From Aminithiophilus ramosus (GTDB lineage Bacteria > Synergistota > Synergistia > Synergistales > Aminithiophilaceae): 32,000 nucleotides of DNA. The stretch spans positions 1,011,260 through 1,043,259 of the forward strand of contig NZ_CP072943.1 in the NCBI RefSeq assembly GCF_018069705.1. Direction: 5' to 3'. Each line of letters begins with the position of its first letter. The stretch's first letter is position 1. Of the stretch, positions 18,967 through 25,452 are shown piece by piece. A program made the position numbers and the translations under genes. Under the pieces are notes generated by a model. It worked only from the letters and a program-made list of their open reading frames with translations, made no database searches and was not told where the DNA came from.

Positions 18967-20254
18967 CGCCTTCGACCTCCTTCAGTTCCTCTTCGCTCAG
19001 GATTTCCCGGGGATCGGTGATGTGCCCCGTAAGGGCCGTCGCCGCCGCCACGAGGGGGCTGGCCAGGTAGAGTTCGCTCCCGGGATGGCCCATGCGTCCC
19101 ACGAAGTTGCGGTTGCTCGTCGCGAGGCAGCGCTCGCCCGAGGCGAGAATGCCCATATGGCCGCCCAGGCAGGGTCCGCAGGTGGGCGTGCAGACGACGG
19201 CGCCCGCTTCGGCGAAGGTCGTCAGGTAACCTCGGCGGAGCGATTCGGACCAGACCTCGTAGGAGGCGGGAATGATGATGCAGCGCAGTCCGTCACGAAC
19301 CTGACGCCCCCGGAGAAGGCGGGCCGCCAGGGCCATGTCGCGGAGACGGCCGTTGGTGCAGGAGCCGATGAAGACCTGATCGACGTCCACGCCGGAGGCC
19401 TCGCCCACGGAGCGGACGTTGGCCGGGGAGTGGGGAAAGGCCACCTGAGGTTCGAGAGAGGTCACGTCGATTTCGACCGTCTCGGCGTAGAAGGCTCCCT
19501 CGTCGGGGAAAAGGGCCGTGAAGGGACGCGCGGCCCGGGCCCCGGCATAGGCGAGCGTCTTCTCGTCGGGGACGAAGAGGCCCGCCTTGGCTCCGCCCTC
19601 GACGGCCATGTTGGCCACGGTGAAACGGTCGTCCATGGGGAGATCGGCTAGGGCCCCTCCCTCGAACTGGAAGGCCTTGTAGCGGGCTCCCTGAGTCCCG
19701 AGACGGCCCAGAAGGGCCAGGATCAGGTCCTTTCCTGTGATCCAGGGACGACGCCTTCCCGAGAAAAGAACGCGGACCGTCGGCGGGACCATGAGCCACG
19801 ACTCGCCCAGGGCCCAGACGGCGGCCAGATCCGTCGACCCGACTCCCGTCGAGAAGGCCCCCAGGGCACCGCCGGTGCAGGTATGACTGTCGGCGCCGAA
19901 GACGAGATCGCCGGGGAGGATGTAGCCCTTTTCGGGAAGAAAGGCATGCTCGACGCCGACGCGCCCCACTTCCCAGTAGAGCATGCCCTGATCCTGAGCG
20001 AAGAGGCGGGCCGTCTTGGCCTGCTCGGCGGCGGCGATATCCTTGTTGGGCGTGAAATGATCGGGGAGAATGGCGCAGCGCTCCCTGTCGAAGACCTTCT
20101 CGGCACCCATGTCGCGGAAGGCGTTGATGGCCGGGGCGCCGGTGATGTCATTGGTGAAGGCGAAATCGACCTTGACGGAACAGATGGCCCCCACGTCGGC
20201 GGGATCGGGGCTATGGGAGGCGATGAGGGCCTCTGCCAGCGTTCTTTTTTTCAC
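18956..20254 (-). CDS. aconitase-superfamily hydro-lyase large subunit (LeuC/HacA-like)
   Basis: 432 aa with GADSHT, GSCTNGR and CGPCLG Fe-S cluster and substrate motifs. Confidence 0.9.
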   Translation of the reverse strand: MKKRTLAEALIASHSPDPADVGAICSVKVDFAFTNDITGAPAINAFRDMGAEKVFDRERCAILPDHFTPNKDIAAAEQAKTARLFAQDQGMLYWEVGRVGVEHAFLPEKGYILPGDLVFGADSHTCTGGALGAFSTGVGSTDLAAVWALGESWLMVPPTVRVLFSGRRRPWITGKDLILALLGRLGTQGARYKAFQFEGGALADLPMDDRFTVANMAVEGGAKAGLFVPDEKTLAYAGARAARPFTALFPDEGAFYAETVEIDVTSLEPQVAFPHSPANVRSVGEASGVDVDQVFIGSCTNGRLRDMALAARLLRGRQVRDGLRCIIIPASYEVWSESLRRGYLTTFAEAGAVVCTPTCGPCLGGHMGILASGERCLATSNRNFVGRMGHPGSELYLASPLVAAATALTGHITDPREILSEEELKEVEGDEH

Positions 20255-20363
20255 TCCATGTCACCTCTTTCACGTTTTTCGACGGAACGGGACGCTCTCG
20301 GACTCAGCTCGGCTCGGACGTGACGGGAAGCCCCCCTTTGAGCAAATTCCACGCATGAAGACG

Positions 20364-20398
20364 AAAAAGGCCGGGGTCCCTCTTCTGGGATCCCGGCC
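20364..20398 (-). terminator. intrinsic terminator (M20D gene terminator and/or attenuator of the downstream operon)
   Basis: On the minus strand, GGCCGGGATCCC, a 6-nt loop, GGGACCCCGGCC (11/12 pairs), then T5. It lies 110 nt upstream of the LeuC-like start and about 190 nt after the native M20D stop. Confidence 0.65.
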
Positions 20399-20558
20399 CT
20401 CGGACGCCGAAAGGCGCGCGGAGGCACGCCTCAGACAGCCTCGGGGGAGACCCCGAAGCCAATAAGTCGCCGCACGGAAGAGAACACCTTTTGTTGGAAC
20501 ATAACCCGATCTCCCTCCCGTCGAATTAACTGCAAGGCCCCTCAGGAAATTGTGACGT

Positions 20559-20587
20559 ATCCTAACGCCGCAGGTCCAATCTGTCAA
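20559..20587 (-). promoter_or_regulatory. candidate promoter TTGACA-N17-TAGGAT
   Basis: On the minus strand, TTGACA at 20587-20582 and TAGGAT at 20564-20559. The -35 overlaps the native TGA stop of the M20D gene and abuts the IS insertion point. Confidence 0.4.
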
Positions 20588-20603
20588 CCCCGGTTTCGGG
20601 CGA
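20588..20603. repeat. 16-bp direct repeat CCCCGGTTTCGGGCGA, copy a (left flank of IS copy 1)
   Basis: The same 16-mer is found at 22121-22136 and 23649-23664. A preceding A could make it 17 bp. One extra T (20604) separates it from IRL. Confidence 0.85.
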
Positions 20604-20604
20604 T

Positions 20605-22120
20605 TGTCGCCGGACAATGGTATTGTCACTCGTGAAGAGGACAGGGAAAATGTCACTTATGACGACCAGGAGAGACCTACTCATGAAGACAAAAGAAGCA
20701 AGGCGCTTGGGGTTGGTGGAAGAGGCTGTCGCGGGCAACCTGACGGTTCAGGAGGTGGCCGATCGGCTCGGTCTGAGCCGCCGTCAGGTCTTTCGGCTCA
20801 AACGACGCTACCGGGAAGAAGGAGCGCAGGGGCTCCTGCACAAGGGACGAGGCAAACCGTCCCGGCGCAGAATCTCTCAGGAGACACGGGATTTCGTCGT
20901 CAGTCTGGCCAAGGGTCTTTACAGGGATACGAGCTGTCAGCACATGGCCGAACTCCTTGCCGAAGAGCATGATCTCGTGCTGAGCGCCAAGAGCATCGCC
21001 CGTTTCCTTCGCGCGGAGAACCTGTCCCTCGTTCATCGCCACCGGGCCCCGAAGCGGCGTTCCCGCAGGGTCCGACGGTCCCGACGAGGCGATCTGGTCC
21101 AGATGGACGCCTCTCCTTTCGATTGGTTCGAGATCGGTGAGCGTTGCACTCTCCACGGCGTGGACGATGCCACAGGAGAGGTCCTCGGTCTGTGGATGGC
21201 CAGGAATGAGTGCCTCTTCGGCTACTTCCGCGTGCTCCGTCAGATGCTTGATCGCCACGGCGTGCCTCGCGAGCTTTACGCCGACCGCCACACCATCTTC
21301 CTTTCTCCCAAGTCGGAAAAACTGACGATCAAGGAGGAGCTGGAGGACTCGGCGCCTGTAACCCAGTTCGGCCGCGCTCTGGAGGCTCTCGGAACTCGCT
21401 ATGTCCCTGCAGGGTCTCCCCAGGCGAAGGGGCGGATCGAAAGGCTCTGGGGAACTCTTCAGGATCGTCTCGTCGTCGCCTTCCGACTGGCCGGAGTGAA
21501 AACGATCGAAGAGGCCAACGTCCTGCTCGCCGCCTACCCGGGAGAGGTCCATAACCCGAGGTTCGCTCGTCCTCCCGCAGAGGGGGCATCTGCCTTTCTC
21601 CCTCCGCCGGACGGACCCGCTCTCGATCTCCTCCTGACTCGCCAGACCGACCGGAAGGCCTCGGGAGACTCGACGATTTCCCTCGACGGAAAACAGTACG
21701 CCCTGATAGGCCCCCGCAGACGCCCCCTGCTTCTTGCCAGGGGACAGGCGGTCAAGGTCATCGAGAAGCTCGACGGGAAACTCCTGGCTCTTGTCCATGA
21801 CGGGCTCTACGATCTCGCAGCCGTCGACAAAGAGCCCCCTGCGACTCCCCCGCCTGTCATCGAGACGAAGACAGGCACTCCATGCAAAACGAAGAAGCAG
21901 AGGAAGCCGGCGGCAGACCATCCCTGGCGACAGAATCCCGCTCCTCCTGCCGCGGCGGTCGGCTCCGAGCAAGGGACGGGTTCCCCTCCCTAGAAGGACC
22001 TCCGCCGCGGAGGAAAGCCAAGGCGGGCTGTTGACGGGGGCGATTTCAGCCCCTCGAAAGCGACACTTTCATTGTCCCTCAGACCCTCTTTTTAGATGAC
22101 ATTTTTAGTGTCCCTTGACA
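20605..22120 (+). mobile_element. insertion sequence copy 1 (1516 bp; TGT ends; IS1202/ISNCY-like)
   Basis: IRL TGTCGCCGGACAATGGTATTGTCAC matches the reverse complement of the right end, TGTCAAGGGACACTAAAAATGTCAT, at 16/25 positions. It carries a single rve-type transposase gene and is flanked by the 16-bp repeat. Confidence 0.85.
20683..21993 (+). CDS. IS transposase (N-terminal HTH plus rve/DDE integrase core)
   Basis: ATG 20683 lies 9 nt after AGGAGA. HTH segment LTVQEVADRLGLSRRQVFRLKRRY. Catalytic core LVQMDASPFDW...ELYADRHTIF...SPQAKGRIERLWGTLQDRL, as in proteins usually annotated ISNCY-family transposases. Confidence 0.88.
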   Translation: MKTKEARRLGLVEEAVAGNLTVQEVADRLGLSRRQVFRLKRRYREEGAQGLLHKGRGKPSRRRISQETRDFVVSLAKGLYRDTSCQHMAELLAEEHDLVLSAKSIARFLRAENLSLVHRHRAPKRRSRRVRRSRRGDLVQMDASPFDWFEIGERCTLHGVDDATGEVLGLWMARNECLFGYFRVLRQMLDRHGVPRELYADRHTIFLSPKSEKLTIKEELEDSAPVTQFGRALEALGTRYVPAGSPQAKGRIERLWGTLQDRLVVAFRLAGVKTIEEANVLLAAYPGEVHNPRFARPPAEGASAFLPPPDGPALDLLLTRQTDRKASGDSTISLDGKQYALIGPRRRPLLLARGQAVKVIEKLDGKLLALVHDGLYDLAAVDKEPPATPPPVIETKTGTPCKTKKQRKPAADHPWRQNPAPPAAAVGSEQGTGSPP

Positions 22121-22136
22121 CCCCGGTTTCGGGCGA
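22121..22136. repeat. 16-bp direct repeat CCCCGGTTTCGGGCGA, copy b (shared junction between the two IS copies)
   Basis: It lies exactly between IRR of copy 1 (ends 22120) and IRL of copy 2 (starts 22137). Confidence 0.85.
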
Positions 22137-23648
22137 TGTCGCCGGACAATGGTATTGTCACTCGTGAAGAGGACAGGGAAAATGTCACTTATGACGACCA
22201 GGAGAGACCTACTCATGAAGACAAAAGAAGCAAGGCGCTTGGGGTTGGTGGAAGAGGCTGGGGCAACCTGACGGTTCAGGAGGTGGCCGATCGGCTCGGG
22301 CTGAGCCGCCGTCAGGTCTTTCGGCTCAAACGACGCTACCGGGAAGAGGGAGCGCAGGGGCTCCTGCACAAGGGACGAGGCAAACCGTCCCGGCGCAGAA
22401 TCTGTCAGGAGACACGGGATTTCGTCGTCAGTCTGGCCAAGGGTCTTTACAGGGATACGAGCTGTCAGCACATGGCCGAACTCCTTGCCGAAGAGCATGA
22501 TCTCGTGCTGAGCGCCAAGAGCATCGCCCGTTTCCTTCGCGCGGAGAACCTGTCCCTCGTTCATCGCCACCGGGCCCCGAAGCGGCGTTCCCGCAGGGTC
22601 CGACGGTCCCGACGAGGCGATCTGGTCCAGATGGACGCCTCTCCTTTCGATTGGTTCGAGATCGGTGAGCGTTGCACTCTCCACGGCGTGGACGATGCCA
22701 CAGGAGAGGTCCTCGGTCTGTGGATGGCCAGGAATGAGTGCCTCTTCGGCTACTTCCGCGTGCTCCGTCAGATGCTTGATCGCCACGGCGTGCCTCGCGA
22801 GCTTTACGCCGACCGCCACACCATCTTCCTTTCTCCCAAGTCGGAAAAACTGACGATCAAGGAGGAGCTGGAGGACTCGGCGCCTGTAACCCAGTTCGGC
22901 CGCGCTCTGGAGGTTCTCGGAACTCGCTATGTCCCTGCAGGGTCTCCCCAGGCGAAGGGGCGGATCGAAAGGCTCTGGGGAACTCTTCAGGATCGTCTCG
23001 TCGTCGCCTTCCGACTGGCCGGAGTGAAAACGATCGAAGAGGCCAACGTCCTGCTCGCCGCCTACCCGGGAGAGGTCCATAACCCGAGGTTCGCTCGTCC
23101 TCCCGCAGAGGGGGCATCTGCCTTTCTCCCTCCGCCGGACGGCCCCGCTCTCGATCTCCTCCTGACTCGCCAGACCGACCGGAAGGCCTCGGGAGACTCG
23201 ACGATTTCCCTCGACGGAAAACAGTACTCCCTGATAGGCCCCCGCAGACGCCCCCTGCTTCTTGCCAGGGGACAGGCGGTCAAGGTCATCGAGAAGCTCG
23301 ACGGGAAACTCCTGGCTCTTGTCCATGACGGGCTCTACGATCTCGCAGCCGTCGACAAAGAGCCCCCTGCGACTCCCCCGCCTGTCATCGAGACGAAGAC
23401 AGGCACTCCATGCAAAACGAAGAAGCAGAGGAAGCCGGCGGCAGACCATCCCTGGCGACAGAATCCCGCTCCTCCTGCCGCGGCGGTCGGCTCCGAGCAA
23501 GGGACGGGTTCCCCTCCCTAGAAGGACCTCCGCCGCGGAGGAAAGCCAAGGCGGGCTGTTGACGGGGGCGATTTCAGCCCCTCGAAAGCGACACTTTCAT
23601 TGTCCCTCAGACCCTCTTTTTAGATGACATTTTTAGTGTCCCTTGACA
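22137..23648 (+). mobile_element. insertion sequence copy 2 (1512 bp)
   Basis: Same ends as copy 1. It differs from copy 1 by a 4-nt deletion near 22259 and at least six substitutions seen by eye. Confidence 0.85.
22215..23521 (+). pseudogene. IS transposase, frameshifted by a 4-nt deletion after codon 15
   Basis: The start equivalent to copy 1 (ATG 22215) reads MKTKEARRLGLVEEAGAT then TGA at 22269. The rest of the transposase continues in another frame (track ORF 22115-23521). Confidence 0.75.
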
Positions 23649-24814
23649 CCCCGGTTTCGGGCGAGAAAGGCCAGGGCCGAGGCGGCGTAGTAGGCCACGC
23701 CGCAGGGAAGGGCCCTTTCGTCGATGTCGAAGCGAGGATGATGATGGGGCCATAGGGCGGCCCCGTCGCTGCCGACGCCCAAGAAGGCAAAGTGAGCCGG
23801 GACATGGCCGCCGTAAAAGGCGAAATCCTCGCTGACGGCGACGGGAGCCATGGAGACGATCCGATCGGCGCCAAAAAGGGCCGCGACGACGGAAGAAGCC
23901 GCTTCGGCAAGCTCGGCATCGTTCGCCGTCACGGGACAGAGCTCGTCGTAGGTCACCATCGCCTCGGCCCCGAAGGCCGAGGCCGTCGACTGGGCGACAC
24001 GTTCCACGCGAGCCCGGGTCCCCTTCTGAAGCTCTTCATCGAAGGCGCGCACCGTTCCTTCGATGCGCCCCTCCCCTGCGATGATGTTCCAGAGGGATCC
24101 GCAGCGCAGCGTCCCAAGGGAGAGGACAAGGGACTTGAGGGGATCCGTCTCGCGGCTTACGACGGTCTGGAGGTTCATGACGACGGCGGAAGCGGCCACG
24201 ACGGCATCGACGGTCTGATGAGGCTTTCCGGCATGACCGCCCCGACCTCGGATGTCGATGGCGAGGCGATCGCAGGAGGCCATGCGAGGCCCGGCCTCGA
24301 CGGAAAAGGTTCCCGAGGGGAGATCGATCCAGACATGAAGACCGAAGAGGGCCTCGACACCCTCCAGAGCGCCGCCGTCGACCATCAGGCGGGCTCCGGC
24401 CGAGATCTCCTCTCCGGGCTGAAAAAGGAGACGGACCGTGCCCGCAAAGGACCGTCGCCGCGCGAGAATCCCTGCGGCTCCGAGGAGCATGGCCGTATGG
24501 GCATCGTGACCGCAGCCATGCATCAGCCCCGGGCGACATGAGGCATAGTCTTTTTCGCTTTCCTCCTGAAGGACGAGGGCGTCCATATCGGCCCTGAGGG
24601 CCACGACAGGTCCGTCAGCGTCGCCGACGATGTCGGCGACGACGGCCGTCTCCCCCAGGCGGCGAGGAGCCAGTCCCAGGCGTCGCAACTCCCTCTCGAC
24701 GGAAGCGGCCGTCTCGAATTCCTTGAGGCTCTCCTCGGGATGACGATGGAAATGGCGCCTCAAAGTCCGAACCTCTTCCTCCATGGACAGGGCCTCAAGA
24801 GCGATCTCTTTCAT
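23633..24814 (-). CDS. M20D family amidohydrolase (N-acyl-amino-acid / hippurate hydrolase-like); the last four codons and the stop are supplied by the IS end
   Basis: 393 aa with MHGCGHDAHTAMLLGAA and the overall M20D pattern. GGAGGAGG RBS. The C-terminus ...ARNRG|VKGH* crosses into IRR of IS copy 2. Confidence 0.88.
   Translation of the reverse strand: MKEIALEALSMEEEVRTLRRHFHRHPEESLKEFETAASVERELRRLGLAPRRLGETAVVADIVGDADGPVVALRADMDALVLQEESEKDYASCRPGLMHGCGHDAHTAMLLGAAGILARRRSFAGTVRLLFQPGEEISAGARLMVDGGALEGVEALFGLHVWIDLPSGTFSVEAGPRMASCDRLAIDIRGRGGHAGKPHQTVDAVVAASAVVMNLQTVVSRETDPLKSLVLSLGTLRCGSLWNIIAGEGRIEGTVRAFDEELQKGTRARVERVAQSTASAFGAEAMVTYDELCPVTANDAELAEAASSVVAALFGADRIVSMAPVAVSEDFAFYGGHVPAHFAFLGVGSDGAALWPHHHPRFDIDERALPCGVAYYAASALAFLARNRGVKGH
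23649..23664. repeat. 16-bp direct repeat CCCCGGTTTCGGGCGA, copy c (right flank of IS copy 2)
   Basis: It lies inside the 3' end of the M20D gene, where the minus strand encodes ...ARNRG. Confidence 0.85.
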
Positions 24815-24844
24815 GGTCCTCCTCCTTCCCTGACAGGGGCCTTG

Positions 24845-24873
24845 AGCCTAGCCCTCCCGCTCCTGCCTGTCAA
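24845..24873 (-). promoter_or_regulatory. candidate promoter TTGACA-N17-TAGGCT of the M20D gene
   Basis: On the minus strand, TTGACA at 24873-24868 and TAGGCT at 24850-24845, about 30 nt upstream of the start codon. Confidence 0.45.
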
Positions 24874-25040
24874 TCGGCGGGATATCCGCCTAGATCGGCA
24901 GGCAAAAACAGGATGGAAGTCCATCGGCCCGGCCAGGAGGCGCCTGAAGGGCGGAGTCGACGGCCTCGACCCCGCGCCGGCGAGATGATTGGAACGGACC
25001 TTGAATCGGCGGATCCGACGGAGCTCCCCTTGAAGAGCCC

Positions 25041-25052
25041 GCGGATCCAGGG
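25041..25052 (+). repeat. 12-bp direct repeat GCGGATCCAGGG, left copy
   Basis: Perfect match to 25211-25222. The pair brackets a 158-bp visibly AT-richer segment. Confidence 0.8.
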
Positions 25053-25210
25053 TGACGCTTTTCGATTGGCTTTCTATTGAGTAGTGGAACGGGAGAGCCT
25101 TTTAAGATGCCATCAATATCACCTCGTTGGTGTGGGTTTGGGTGTGGTAACCAAAACTCTATCGCCGCTCTAGCAGCGGTGCCAACGAGGTCTTTCTATG
25201 TCTTTAGCCT

Positions 25211-25222
25211 GCGGATCCAGGG
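25211..25222 (+). repeat. 12-bp direct repeat GCGGATCCAGGG, right copy
   Basis: Perfect match to 25041-25052. Confidence 0.8.
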
Positions 25223-25235
25223 AAACAGGAGAGAC

Positions 25236-25265
25236 TTGACAGAAGGACACAGGGGAGAGTAAGGT
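25236..25265 (+). promoter_or_regulatory. candidate promoter TTGACA-N18-TAAGGT of the symporter operon
   Basis: TTGACA at 25236-25241 and TAAGGT at 25260-25265, the same hexamer pair as the hrcA promoter. Confidence 0.5.
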
Positions 25266-25423
25266 GCTTGAGCGCGTCATGCAGCAATATCACCGTTCCG
25301 GGGAGGTGTCGACCTTGTCCTGCAGGAAACCGCTTCAGACCTCTCGATTTTATTTTTATTACGTTGTCGCGGGGAGCCTGCCTGGTCTGGTCGGCGTCTG
25401 AGATGACGTGGACAAGAAAACCG

Positions 25424-25452
25424 GCGGGCCCCCTCAGGGGGTCCGCTTTTTT
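25424..25452 (+). terminator. strong intrinsic terminator inside the symporter leader (candidate attenuator or riboswitch expression platform)
   Basis: GCGGGCCCCC, loop TCA, GGGGGTCCGC (10 bp including one G-U), then T6. It ends 47 nt before the GTG 25500 start. Confidence 0.75.

Noticed and set aside
17333-20254. Annotating the three genes as leuC-leuD-leuB of leucine biosynthesis
   Set aside because: No leuA or ilv genes are adjacent. The dehydrogenase resembles TtuC/DmlA-type enzymes. The genes are fused into one operon with a TRAP importer and an ICL-family lyase, so a catabolic role is favoured. This is not fully excluded without phylogeny.
20255-20587. T-box or Leu-codon-rich leader upstream of the LeuC-like gene
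   Set aside because: There is no match to the conserved T-box sequence (AAnnnGGGTGGTACCGCG). The only sORF (23 codons) contains a single Leu.
22115-22120. Outward-facing TTGACA at the IS right end forming a junction or hybrid promoter
   Set aside because: No acceptable -10 hexamer lies 16-19 nt downstream, either at the IS-IS junction (GTCGCC) or at the right chromosomal flank (AAAGGC).
20677-23500. Minus-strand ORFs of 431 and 473 aa opposite the two IS transposase genes
   Set aside because: They are mirror-image shadow ORFs of the transposase frames. The plus-strand frames carry the HTH and DDE motifs, and the minus frames carry none.
20587-23664. Tandem IS as an assembly artefact, or the thrice-repeated 16-mer as a mini CRISPR-like array
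   Set aside because: The copies differ at six substitutions and one 4-nt indel, which a collapsed or duplicated assembly would not create. The spacers between the 16-mers are complete 1.5-kb IS elements with their own inverted repeats, not short unique spacers.
25222-25330. Glycine riboswitch upstream of the symporter (GGAGAG boxes, CACCG...GGGGAG)
   Set aside because: Both GGAGAG boxes lie upstream of, or within, the predicted promoter spacer. The conserved aptamer core (ACCGAAGGGGCAA, CUCAGGCAAAAGGAC) is not present.
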